From the NCBI RefSeq assembly GCF_963921235.1, contig NC_086097.1, forward strand, positions 129,706,001 through 129,770,000: a stretch of 64,000 nt of DNA. Reading direction: 5' to 3'. The position numbers were made by a program, and so were the translations under genes. Source of the stretch: Mobula hypostoma (Eukaryota). The notes below the pieces were generated by a model. The model made no database searches. It saw only the letters and a program-made list of their open reading frames with translations, and was not told where the DNA came from. The first letter of the stretch is position 1. Every line of letters starts with the position of its first letter. Positions 51,601 to 64,000 of this stretch are shown piece after piece.

Positions 51601-53269
51601 TTTGTCAGACAAGATTTCCCTTGACAGGATCTACGCTTTGACTTATTTTATCATTAGTCTCCAAGTACCCTGAAACCTCATCCTTATTATCATTAGTCTC
51701 CAAGTACCCTGAAACCTCATCCTTAATAATGAACTCCAGTACTTTCCCAAGCACTGAGGTTAGGCTAAATGGCATATAATTTCCTTTCTTTTGCTTTCCT
51801 CCTTTCTTAAGGAGTGGAGTGACATTTGCAATCTTCCACTCCTCCAGGACCATGTCAGGAGCAAGTGATTCTTGAAGGATCATGACCAATGCATCCATTA
51901 TCTCTTCAGCAACCTCCTTCAGGACTCAGGGATGTAGTCCATCTGGTCCAGGTGACTTATCCACCTTAAGACCTTTCTGTTTGTCTGTTGGAATTCTTTG
52001 AGGAAATAATAAGCAGAATAGATAAAGGAGACATTGCTTATTTAGATTTTCAGAAGGCCTTTTACAAGATGCCACACATGAGGCTGCTTAACAAGCTAAG
52101 TGCCCATGGTATTACAGGAAAGATACTAGCATGGATTGAAGATTGGCTGATTCACAGGAGGCGAAGAGTGGGAATAAAGGGAGCATTTTCTGAAGGGCTG
52201 CCGGTGACAAGTGGTGATCTGCAGGGGGTCAATATTGGAACCACTTCATTTTATGTTGTATGGTGATTTGAATAATGTTATTGATAGATCTGTAGCCAAG
52301 TTTGCAGATGATATGAACATAGAGTGGCAGGTACTGTTGAGGAGGCAAGGAGGCTGTAGATGGACTTAGACAGGTTAGGAGAATGGGCAAAGGAGTGGCA
52401 GATAGAATGCAGTGTAGGGAACTGCATGGTCATATACTTTCGTAGAAGGAATAAAAACATAGTCTATTTTCTAAACAGGGAGAAAATCCAAAAATTCGAG
52501 GTGCAAAGGAACTTGAGAGTCCTTATGCATGATTCGCTAAAGTTTAATTTGCAGATTGAGTCAGTGGTAAGGAAGGCAAATGCATTGTTTGCATTCAATT
52601 CAAGAGGACCAGAATACAAAACCAAGGATATAATACTGAGGCTTTATAAGGCACTGGTGAGGCCTCACTTGGAGTATTGTGAGCAGTTTTGGGCCCCTTA
52701 TTTAAGAAAGGATGTGCTGACATTGGAGAGGGTTCACAGGAGGTTCAGGAGAATGGTTCCAGGGATGAAAGGTTTATCCTTTGAGGAGGGATTGATGGCT
52801 CTGGGGCTATACTCACTGGAATTCAGAAGAATGGGGGGGCGGGTGGATCTCAATGAAACCTATTGAATGTTGCAAGGCCTAGATAGAGTGGATGTGGAGA
52901 CAGTGGCTTCTATGGCAGGGAGTCTAGAACCAGAGGGGGCAGCCTCCGGCTGTAGAGACATCCTTTGAAACTGAGATAAAGAGGAATTTCTTTAGCTAGA
53001 CGATGGTAGTGAATCTGTGGAATTCATTGCCACAGGCAGCTGTGTGGAAGCCAGGTCACTGGGTGTATTTTAAGTGGAGGTTGATAGACTCTTGATTAGT
53101 CAGGGTGGAAAAAGTTACAGAGAGAAGGCAGGAAAATGGGGTTGAGAGGGAATGGATCAACCCTTGAGGTAGTGGAGCAGACTCGACAGGGTCATATGGC
53201 CTAATTCTGCTCATATGTCTTCTATGCAGTATACACATATATATAGATAGGTGCCTCAGATTTGCACTG

Positions 53270-53735
53270 TATTTTATTTGTTAATGTGAAGCGGAGAGCA
53301 AGTTTGTAAATCAGAACCAAGAGTGTATTGAAGCAGCAGGGCCTGGATTCAAAAGCAATGAATGACCCAAGATTTAGCCGATCTAAGTGCTGAGCCAGAT
53401 TAAAAAGGTCAGGGTATTGAGGCCAGAGATGGGCCAGTGTTCAGCCAACTGCTCTGCAAGCCTTAGCTGTCTCCACGCTGAGCTGAAGCAACTAACAGGC
53501 TTCTAGATCATGTGCAGCGATGATTGGCTTTGTGACTGTGAACTCACTTTTGTGAACTTCAGTTCTGAATGTTATTTGCTTACTCTTACTGTTTGTGTGA
53601 TTTGTTCAAATTTTCTGCACCATCAGGTTCTATTGGGTTCCTTTGTTTTGTGGCTACCTGTAAGGAAACAAACCTCAAGGTTATATATAAAATACATACA
53701 TTGAAAATAAATGTAATTTGAACTTCAACTTTGAA
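53270..53735 (+). mobile_element. Non-autonomous LINE-derived element, same family as 5936-6685
   Basis: Shared blocks (gcaactaacaggct..., gaacttcagttctgaatgtt, tail tttgaacttcaactttgaa). Confidence 0.65.
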
Positions 53736-53739
53736 ACTT

Positions 53740-54782
53740 AAACCTGCATTGGTGTGGTGTACATGAGCCCCTGCCACAAAGGAAACACAATTCGTTCAGC
53801 CAGCAGCTTACTGTTTAGAGGTTGCTACTTTGTTCAAGCTAACTTTCATCCCTGGCTGCAACTCAATTATGTCTCCGTCTCTGTTTCCATTCATACTGCA
53901 ATTTCAATTGTTCTTTTAAAATGGAGTTGTGCTTCAGTTAGGAGTCATTTTTGAATGCTTTCTTGTATGATTCCACAAACTAAATGATCTCTCAGTGCAT
54001 CATTAAGCTCACCACTGAACTGACAATGCTCAGGCAAGCTCTTCAGTTCAACCATATACACTGAAATGGGCTCCCCTTCCTTTTTATTCCACTTATGAAA
54101 CTGAAAACAATGGTTTTGGTTCAAAATGTTCCTGCAATACTTTCACAATATCAGCTAAACTCATTTGGGCTGGTTTGGTTGGAGCGGTTAAACTTCTAAG
54201 CAAACTGTATGCTTTTCTACCCAATGCACTCAGCAAAACTGGCACTCACTTTTCACTGGATATTTCATTTGCTTCAAAATACTGTTCAATTCGCTCAGTG
54301 TACAATATCCAGTATTCCCTTGTGCAATCAAACATGTGTATCTTTCTAATGTAGCCAGCCATTTCTACTTCTTTAAAAATTTTTTTGATTATTATCACCC
54401 AGTATTCATTGTTTATGAACTCATGAATTTCGTACATTTTCTGCTTTTTAAAAAAAAAATCCACCGTGTTTCTCTCTCCTTTTCCAGAGAAACCACGTGG
54501 TGAATTTTTTAAAATTCAAATGTCTCGCTGCGCTTTAAGTAGGTAGCTGTTGCAAGTTTGTTTCAAAATCTACTCTTCACCACTGTTGTGTTTTGCAACT
54601 CCAAAAACTAATCGAATGAAAAATAAGGAAGGGCCTGGGATAACTTTTTAGTTTCATTTTTACTTTAACTGAGGCACAAACTTATGATGACATACGCCAT
54701 TCACATAGTTTTACATACAACCTGCAATGAATGATGTAAACAATAAAAAAATGCAAATATTTTATAAAATATTAAATAAACA
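53740..54782 (-). mobile_element. Gypsy (K02A2.6-like) 5' LTR and gag remnant
   Basis: MAGYIRKIHMFD...YTERIEQYFEANEI..., then LLSALGRKAYSLLRSLTAPTKP and ALRDHLVCGI past stops; short LTR about 54584-54782; related LTR piece at about 46155-46215. Confidence 0.8.
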
Positions 54783-54971
54783 ATAGGGAGTCATAAAACC
54801 ACAAAGTACGTAAAAAGGCCCTTTGGTCCATGAGCCCACAACAACCAGCAAGCACTTATTTATGCTGATCCCATTTTAAATCTTCCCACATTCACATCAG
54901 CTGTCCTCAGATCCCTACCACTTGGGGCAATGTACTGGGATGAGGGAGAAAACCAGAGCACCCAAAGAGGA

Positions 54972-57900
54972 AACATAGAAACATAGAAAATAGGTGCAGG
55001 AGTAGGCCATTCGGCCCTTTGAGCCTGCACCACCATTCGGTATGATCATGGCTGATCATCAAACTCAGAACCCTGCACCAGCCTTCCCTCCATACCCCCT
55101 GATCCCTTTAGCCACAACTGCCATATCTAACTCCCTCTTAAATATAGCCAATGAACTGGCCCTGTTTCCTGTGGCAGAGAATTCCACAGATTCACCACTC
55201 ACTGTGTGAAGAAGTTTTTTCCTAATCTCGGTCCTAAAAGGCTTCCCCTTTATCCTCAAACTGTGACCCCTCGTTCTGGACTTCCCCAACATCGGGAACA
55301 ATCTTCCTGCATCTAGCCTGTCCAATCCCTTTAGGATCTTATACGTTTCAATCAGATCCCCCCTCAATCTTCTAAATTCCAACGAGTACAAGCCCAGTTC
55401 ATCCAGTCTTTCTTCATATGAAAGTCCTGCCATCCCAGGAATCAATCTGGTGAACCTTCTTTGTACTCCCTCTATGGCAAGGATGTCATTCCTCAGATTA
55501 GGGGACCAAAACTGCACACAATACTCCAGGTGTTGTCTCACCAAGGCCTTGTACAACTGCAGTAGTACCTCCCTGCTCCTGTACTCGAATCCTCTTGCTA
55601 TAAATGCCAGCATAACATTCGTCTTTTTCACCGCCTGCTGTACCTGCATGCCCACTTTCAATGACTGGTGTATAATGACACCCAGGTCTCGTTGCACCTC
55701 CCCTTTTCCTAATCAGCCACCATTCAGATAATAATCTGTTTTCCTGTTTTTGCCACCAAAGTGGATAACTTCACATCTATCCACATTAAATTGCATCTGC
55801 CATGAATTTGCCCACTCACCTAACCTATCCAAGTCACCCTGCATCCTCTTAGCATCCTCCTCACAGCTAACACTGCCGCCCAGCTTCGTGTCATCCGCAA
55901 ACTTGGAGATGCTGCATTTAATTCCCTCATCCAAGTCATTTATATTGTAAACAACTGGGGTCCCAGCACTGAGCCTTGCGTTACCCCACTAGTCACTGCC
56001 TGCCATTCTGAAAAGGTCCCATTTATTCCCACTCTTTGCTTCCTGTCTGCTAACCAATTCTCTATCCACATCAATACCTTACCCCCAATACCACGTGCGT
56101 TAAGTTTGCACACTAATCTCCTGTGTGGGACCTTGTCAAAAGCCTTTTGAAAATCCAAATATACCACATCCACTGGTTCTCCCCTATCCACTCTACTAGT
56201 TACATCCTCAAAAAATTCTATGAGATTCGTCAGACATGATTTTCCTTTCGCAAATCCATGCTGACTTTGTCCGATGATTTCACCGCTTTCCAAATGTGCT
56301 GTTATCACATCTTTGATAACTGACTCTAGCAGTTTCACCACCACCGATGTTAGGCTAACCGGTCTATAATTCCCCGGTTTCTCTCTCCCTCCTTTTTTAA
56401 AAAGTGGAGTTATATTAGCCACCCTCCAATCCTCAGGAACTAGTCCAAAATCTAAAGAGTTTTGAAAAATTATCACTAATGCATCCACTATTTCTTGGGC
56501 TACTTCCTTAAGCACTCTGGGATGCAGACCATCTGGCCCTGGGGATTTATCTGCCTTTAATCCCTTCAATTTACCTAACACCACTTCCCTACTAACATGT
56601 ATTTCCCTCAGTTCCTCCATCTCACTGGACCCTCTGTCCCCTAATATTTCTGGAAGATTATTTATGTCCTCCTTAGTGAAGACAGAACCAAAGTAGTTAT
56701 TCAATTGGTCTGCCATGTCCTTGCTCCCCATAATCAATTCACCTGTTTCTGTCTGTAGGGGACCTACATTTGTCTTAACCAATCTTTTTCTTTTCACATA
56801 TCTATAAAAGCTTTTACAGTCAGTTTTTATGTTCCCTGCCAGTTTTCTCTCATAATCTTTTTTCCCCTTCCTAATTAAGCCCTTTGTCCTCCTCTGCTGA
56901 ACTCTGAATTTCTCCCAGTCCTCAGGTGAGCTATTTTTTCTGGCTAATTTGTATGCTTCTTCTTTGGAATTGATACTATCCCTAATTTCCCTTGTCAGCC
57001 ACAGGTGCACTACCTTCCTTGATTTATTCTTTTGCCAAACTGGGATGAACAATTGTTGTAGTTCATCCATGTGATCTTTAAATGCTTGCCATTGCATATC
57101 CACCATCAATCCTTTAAGTGTCATTTGCCAGTCTATCTTAGCTAATTCACGTCTCATACCTTCAAAGTTACCCTTCTTTAAGTTCAGAACCTTTGTTTCT
57201 GAATTAACTATGTCACTCTCCATCTTAATGAAGAATTCCACCATATTATGGTCACTCTTACCCAAGGGGCCTCTCACGACAAGATTGCTAATTAACCCTT
57301 CCTCATTGCTCAATACCCAGTCTAGAATAGCCTGCTCTCCAGTAGGTTCCTCGACGTGTTGGTTCAAAAAACCATCCCGCATACATTCCAAGAAATCCTC
57401 TTCCTCAGCTCCCTTACCAATTTGGTTCACCCAATCTACATGTAGATTGAAGTCACCCATTATAACTGCTGTTCCTTTATTGCACACATTTCTAATTTCC
57501 TGTTTAATACCATCCCCAACCTCACTACTACTGTTAGGTGGCCTGTACACAACTCCCACCAGCGTTTTCTGCCCCTTAGTGTTATGCAGCTCTACCCATA
57601 TCGATTCCACATCTTCCTGGCTTATGCCCTTCCTTTCTATTGCGTTAATCTCCTCTCTAACCAGCAACGCCACCCCACCTCCTTTTCTTTCATGTCTATC
57701 CCTCCTGAATATTGAATATCCCTGAATGTTGAGCTCCCATCCTTGGTCACCCTGGAGCCATGTCTCTGTGATCCCAACTATATCATATTCATTAATAACA
57801 ATTTGCACTTTTAATTCATCCACCTTGTTACGAATGCTCCTTGCATTGACACACAAAGCCTTCAGGCGCGCTTTTACAATTCTCTTAGCCCTTATACAAT

Positions 57901-59305
57901 TATGTTGAAAAGTGGCCCTTTTTGATGCTTGCCCTGGATTTGTCGGCCTGCCACTTTTACTTTTCACCTTACTACTTTTTGCTTCTACCCTCACTTTACA
58001 CCCCTCTGTCTCTCTGCACTGGTTCCCATCCCCCTGTTGTGAACTAACTTCCTCTTGCCTAGCCTCTTTAATTTGATTCCCACCCCCCAACCATTCTAGT
58101 TTAAAGTCACCTGAGTAGCCCTCGCTAATCTCCCTGCCAGAATATTGGTCCCCCTAGGATTCAAGTGTAACCCGTCTTTTTTGTACAGGTCACGCCTGCA
58201 CCAAAAGAGGTCCCAATGATCCAAAAACTTGAATCCCTGCCCCCTGCTCCAATCCTTCAGCCACGCATTTATCCTCCACCTCATTGCATTCCTACTCTCA
58301 CTGTCACGTGGTTACTACCTTTGCGGTCCTTTTTCTCAACTCCCTTCCTAGCTCCCTATATTCTCCTTTCACGACCTCTCCCTTTTTCCTACCTATGTCA
58401 TTGGTATCTATATGTACCACGACCTCTGGCTCCTCACCCTCCCACTTCAGGATATCTTGGACACGATCAGAAATATCCCAGACCCTGGCACCAGGGAGGC
58501 AAACTACCATCCGGGTCTCCGGACTGCGTCCACAGAATCGCCTATCTGACCCCCTTACTATCAAGTCCCCTGTTATAACTGCACTCCTCTTCCTTTCCCT
58601 ACCCTTCTGAGCTACAGGGCCGGACTCTGTGCCGGAGGCACAGCCACTGTCGCTTCCCCCAGGTAAGTTGTCCCCCCCAACAGTACTCAAACAGGAGTAC
58701 CTATTGTTAAGGGGCACAGCCACCGGGATACTCTCTATTACCTGACTCTTCCCCTTCCCCCTCCTAACCGCGACCCACTGGTCTGCCTCCTGTGGTCCCA
58801 GTGTGACCACCTGCCTGTAACTCCTCTCTATCAACTCTTCACTCTCCCTGACCAGACGAAGGTCATCGAGCTGCAGCTCCAGTTCCCTAACGCGGTCCCT
58901 TAGGAGCTGCATCTCGGCGCACCTGGCGCAGATGTGGATGTCCGGGAGGCTCGGAGACTCCAGGGCCTCCCACATCCGGCACCGAGAACAACAAACTGCC
59001 CTCACACTCATACTGCCCCTCTCCTCAAATAACAACAAAAAATGAATACCAAACCTTCCTCACCTCACCCGTTTCCGCCTAAGCCCGTTGAACCGAAGCC
59101 CTTAAGCCTTCACTCTGCTCCCAGTTCACTACGCTGCCCGCTGAATGAGGCTCTGTTCCTTTTAAATCTTCCGCGCTTCACTGCCCGACATCACATGCCT
59201 GCGCAGTCCCGCCTCTCTGAACGCCGATGGAAAAAAAACCCGAAAAATTCAAAAATGTCTTCCTCCGCACTCCCGCTCCGACTCTCAGACTTCCTTCTTC
59301 GAATC
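54972..59305 (-). mobile_element. Near full-length young CR1 LINE inserted in a SINE
   Basis: CpG-rich 5'UTR 59040-59305; ORF1 zinc finger CSRCRMW...CARC, coiled coil and esterase (58096-59038); ORF2 55065-58090 (EN+RT) with a small frameshifting deletion at about 55940 and a TGA nonsense at 55713-55715; (ttctatgt)n tail. Confidence 0.96.
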
Positions 59306-61356
59306 AAAGTGCAGACTCCACTCAGGTTTGAAATTGGGTTGCTGGAGTCATGAAGCAGCAGCTCTGCCACCAGGCCACCCTGCTAGCCAATGAAATCAAT
59401 ATTCCTGGTAACCATAGTCTTCACCATCAGCAATGGCTCTGCATTTTACCACTGATGAGGTTGTCACTCTCTGCTCTTCCGAATATACATCAAACTGCAC
59501 TTCAGTCAGCCTCTTGGTTTTCTGACTCAGTGTAACCATGATTCTTGCCTTTAAATTCTAGCTATTTCCACCTCAGAGAATTCAGCCCAGGCAGTGCTGA
59601 GGGAGAACTTTGATGTTGGAGCAGCTGGCTTTCAGAATGACATGTTTAAATATCTTCTCACTCCTCTGAAACAGACACAAAAAAAATGTGGGAAAAATCA
59701 ATGGAAATACTACCCACCCACCAAAAAATAAGAAACTGAAGAGGCAAGACGTACAAAATTTGAAAAAACAGAAGCACTCAGACGCCATCTGTGAAGAGAA
59801 AAAGCAGTTGAAATTTTAGGTATGATAACTTCCACCAGAACTACAAAACAGGTTAGTTTTAGCAGAGGAGCTAGAGGAAGGAGTGCACAGAACAGAGGAA
59901 ATCCCTTTCTAAGTTATTCTTTTTGTTCTAACTTTTCTTCCCCTCCCCCCACCTCTCTTCTACTGAAAACTAAGCTGTTGTCCCTCTTTTCTAGTTCTGA
60001 TGAAGTTCTCCTGGACCTTAAATGTTAACTTTCCACCCCACCACTCATTACCTGACCAGCTGAGTGTTTCTAGCCTTTCCTGCCTCCATAGCTTTCAGTA
60101 GGAGTTTGCTTAGATGCAAGTTGGCCACTGCGTTTCCTCTATTTTGACATAACTATGTTCATTGGCTATGAATGCTTTGTAATGACGAAGATCATGAAGT
60201 GTGTTATAGAAACACAACTTTTTATTATTTGCATGTTAAACTCATTTCTGTTTGGCTAATTGACATGTCAATATAAAGTTGAAACAACAGGCAACTTCAT
60301 GAAGTTGTGGAGAGCAACAATAGTATTTCCCACAGCTCAAATAACACTACAATAAATTCCTGTTGCCTCTTATGCTTCAAGTAATTATTTTCCCATTCCT
60401 AAGATTTATTCTAAACTGCATCTCAACAATGGCCCATCAGTTCGCAACACATTTTCACTCTAATCCTACATAATTTCATTTCTCCCCATTACACAGGAAG
60501 CCATTCAGCCCATTGAGTTGATACTTGCTCTCACAGCAATCCCATTCCCTGACCTACTGTCCTACAAATCCATTCTCTCCCCACCTTCTACGCTGATATC
60601 AGCAGTCAATTAACCTACCAACCCCAGCACATCTTTGGGATGCAGGAGGAAACCAGAACATCCTAGGTAACCGATGCGTTCTCAAGGACAGTGGTCAAAC
60701 TCCACAAGTGCAGTATCAGAGATTTGGATTCTACCCGGTTATTGGAACAGCAGTACCACTTATTTTTCTAAAGCTACCACGCAAGTCTTTTACGCAACCT
60801 CGTAGTGTTCTCATGCACTTATTTTCAAACATATATGCACATTGAATTTTGAACAATGTACAATCCCACAGATTTCAATGAGCCAAATTTCAAAGGAGTA
60901 ATGCGATTCACATGGCGAAAAATGAATCATTACCTGCACTCTTTAAGAATTTCACATTCAAGCTACAGCAAAACAATGCCTAGTATCTTCATTATTTGTC
61001 ATCATTATATATACAGTACTTTGCTCTCTGATTATCCTCTCAGCTATCATCTCTTACTATCCAGTATTATTGGCCTTATCATCACAGAGGGTCAATAACT
61101 GATGATCCAGTGAAGATGGTTGGACTCTCTCCTCCTGACAATGAAAATGCCACTGGTCTGTTGAAAAGAAATTTATAGAAGTTGCTGTGGAAAAGTGGCC
61201 ACACACTGTATATCATCATAGTAGCATCCATTTAATTGTTCATATGATAAGCAAAACTGCATGTTTACAATATATCATAACTATGACTCACCTTGGTTTT
61301 GTGTAATTTGACTATTACTTTTGTTTCAGTACAAAGCCAAAGACTTAGTTACCTTT

Positions 61357-62188
61357 TGTGACAAAAGAACCAGTTATCAGAAGATTGATGCCGATAAGAG
61401 GACAATGGGGGAACATGCAAGGTGCTAATAAGAGAGAGACGAGAGAGATTACCGAAAGGAGACACGGTTCCGAGTATTGTCAGAGATCGGTGGCTTTGAA
61501 CCCTGAACTGTTTGAAGTTTGATGGACAGGTGATACCCCAGCAGGGGGATAAAAAGGGACAGGTTCGCTAAGGCAACAGACACACGACTCCACGAGGTAA
61601 CGAGACCCTGGAAGCAGTGTACCCCCACAAGTTGGTGGGAGTTTTTGAGATCTGGTCGCGGGACCAGCCATAGACGCACAGGGTAGAAAGATACGGTTGG
61701 CGGGAACCTGGTGTGTGTGTCCGCCCTTGCCTGGGTGCCGGGTTCAGCACAGAAGAACGATCGTATCTGGAACGGAGGGGTCACAGTCGGTGGCCTCAGA
61801 AGACATTACAAAGGGCTCGCCCGAAAGCTAACTGCGAGGAATATCGAAGGTCTGTGTGGAATCCGTTTTGAATATTCATTCGCTTTCGCTCTCTCTCTTC
61901 TCCCTGCCCCAACAGCACGACAGTGATTACTGTGAACTGAACTGAACTTTGCGTCACTTGAAACTGGTCATTTACCCCGAGACTGCGATAGAGCTTGATT
62001 GATCCTATTATCCTAGTTCTGTGTACATGTGTGTTTTATCATTGCTAACCTGCTGCATTTATATCCTTTTGATTAGGGTACTGTGTTACTTAATTCTTTA
62101 ATAAAACTTTCTTAGTTCTAGTAATCCAGACTCCAACTGAGTGGTCCATTTCTGCTGGTTTGGCAACCCAGTTACGGGGTATGTAACA
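61357..62188 (+). mobile_element. 5' LTR of a Gypsy/Gmr1-like retrotransposon
   Basis: TGTGAC...TAACA termini, AATAAA at about 62100, followed directly by a PBS. Confidence 0.85.
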
Positions 62189-62192
62189 TAAG

Positions 62193-62211
62193 TGGGGTTC
62201 TCGTCCGCGAT
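62193..62211 (+). promoter_or_regulatory. Primer-binding site, tRNA-Pro type
   Basis: tggggttctcgtccgcgat resembles TGGGGGCTCGTCCGGGAT, the complement of the tRNA-Pro 3' end. Confidence 0.75.
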
Positions 62212-62287
62212 TTTGAACGCTAAATTTGGGACTGAGTAAATTGATTGGGTTAAAATTCCCGAAAGAAAGAAAAGGCAAACAGCAGAA

Positions 62288-64000
62288 ATGGAGATTGAGG
62301 AATTTCTAAAGGCGCCGACCTCGGAGGCATTAGAGGATGCCAGGAAATCAGAATTGGTAGCTGTGGCCAAACGGTTGAATCTTGTTAAGGGGAAGTCGAC
62401 AATGAGGAGAGAGGAGAAACACAGAGCTATCGTAGAGCATTATGTGTCTAAAGGTGTGTTTCCCCAAGGAGAGCTGGAGGTGATATCTATTGGAAAACCT
62501 GATGGAGACGCAGTACAGGTGCAGCTTGAAAAATTGAGACTCGAGCACGAGTTCCGGGTACGGCAGCTAGAACACGAGGAGAAACAGTTAGAATGACAAC
62601 GAGAAGAGAGAGAGAGACAGTTAGAACGGCGAGAGAGAGAGGCAGTTGGAGCGAGAAGAAAAACAGAGGGAAAGGGAATTCGAGCTGGAGAGGTTAAAGA
62701 TGAGGGCAGAGCAGGGGCCCATGCTAAACCAAGGTGGAGGGTTCAGGGAGGTTAGGCTGGTTCCCCCATTTGACGATACCGATGTGGATCGATACTTTCT
62801 CCATTTCGAAAAAGTTGCTGCAAGTCAGGACTGGCCAAGGGATAAGTGGGCTGTTTTGCTTCAGAGTGTACTTAAAGGAAAAGCCCAACAAGCTTACTCG
62901 GCTTTGTCCGCGGAAGATGCCCAGAGGTATGAGGTGGTGAAAGAGGCCATCCTTAGGATTTAGGAGTTGGTCCCGGAGGCCTACCGGCAGAGGTTCCGGA
63001 ATGCGAGGAAGCAGTGGGACCGAATGTATTTAGAGTTTGCCTGTGAGATGCAGACATATTGTGAGCGTTGGTGCGCCTCGAAGGGGGTAGATGGGGATTA
63101 TGACAGACTGCTACAGCTGATCCTGATTAAGCAGTTTAAAGGTTGTGTCCCTGACAGTATGAGACCCTACCTAGATGAGAAAGAGGCAGACACTTTAGCC
63201 GCAACTGCTAAGTTAGCGGATGAGTACGCGTTGACACATAAAATGAAGTTTGCCCTGAGTAAAGGCTACCAGAAGGGTAGTCAGGACGGCGGGGAGAGTC
63301 AGCCAGAAAAGTCAGAAAGTAAGCCAGGGACTAGTGAGAAGGATAAGGTAGACCGGGAGCAGTCTGGTAGGAAGTCTCCTGGGGTCGTATGTTATAATTG
63401 TGTGAAAGTCGGACACTTTGCGTCCAGGTGCTTTGCCCCAAAGAAGGAGACGGAAAAAGGAAAAACAGCGATTCCGATGGGCTGTATTGAGCTGGTAAAC
63501 AAACCGCTGGGGAAGGAGAGGTCTGATAAAGTTCAGGAAGGGCGCGAGAGGTTTATCTCGACCTGATTGGTGTCGGTGAAGGAGGGGTTAAACCCAGTTC
63601 CAATACGGATCTGGAGAGACACTGGAGCGTGTCAGTCATTGATATTAAAGAGTGTGTTTGAGTTTAGTTCAGAGATCCAGACTGGGGAGGTCAGGGTCAA
63701 AGGCATTGGGCAAGGGACTGAAGCAGTGCCTTTGCACCAGATACACCTACAAAGCGACTTCATCTCTGGACTGGTCACGATTGAGGTGGGGCCCGAACTA
63801 CCGATGAAAGGCGTGGAAGTCTTACTCGGTAATGATCTCGTCGGCGGGGAAGCGTATCCAGCAGTAAAATTGACAGGCCCGCCTGCCAGCATTGAGGTCC
63901 CGCCCATGGACTCACAGGGTTATCCCGTTTGCGCAGTGACTCGGCGTATGTCCAGGAAGACTGCCGAAATAGCTCTAGCTGAGACGTTTCTACCAGCCTT
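62288..64000 (+). pseudogene. Gmr1-like Gypsy gag (SCAN-like capsid, CCHC knuckle) and protease; disrupted, runs off the window
   Basis: YFLHFEKVA..WPRDKW, LVPEAYRQRFR, CYNCVKVGHFASRC, protease RDTGACQS (about 63615); stops at about 62594, 62961, 63564 and a frameshift at about 62640. Confidence 0.88.

Larger units (their letters stand above)
46200..53230 (+). mobile_element. Old near-full-length CR1 with nested inserts (Penelope 47854-48724; CR1 3' piece about 49476-49966; antisense CR1 about 50345-51980)
   Basis: ORF1 remnants 46330-47220; ORF2 remnants (51988-52266 YLDFQKAF, 52360-52866); colinear with CR1 once inserts are removed. Confidence 0.85.

Overview
Vertebrate genomic DNA, most likely a cartilaginous fish (inferred from the CR1/HE1-type LINE/SINE, Rex1/Babar, Penelope and fish-type L1 repeats; probably a ray). 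Only one host gene is recognisable: a minus-strand Kv6-family silent voltage-gated K+ channel subunit, best matching KCNG2 (Kv6.2). It has two coding exons (25524-24790 and 12518-11730, phase 0 GT-AG intron, about 507 aa). Most of the rest is transposable-element sequence, often deeply nested: CR1 (one near full length), L1, Rex1/Babar, RTE, an RLE-type (HERO-like) non-LTR fragment, Penelope-like elements carrying minimal hammerhead ribozyme motifs, two Gypsy LTR elements plus a solo LTR, a Tigger4-like transposon, a hAT MITE and tRNA SINEs. There is also a 38-bp intronic minisatellite. Best leads: (1) a dispersed family of palindromic, hammerhead-bearing Penelope-derived mini-elements with 13-15 bp TSDs; (2) an RLE retroelement with an exact 34-bp TSD that is itself a CR1/SINE 3'-tail sequence; (3) about 1 kb of unexplained, strand-skewed, glycoprotein-like sequence inside the Tigger element; (4) unusual S4/S5 substitutions and a uORF in KCNG2. 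No CRISPR, rRNA or true tRNA genes. All family assignments come from recalled motifs, not database searches; repeat boundaries are approximate unless a TSD is cited.
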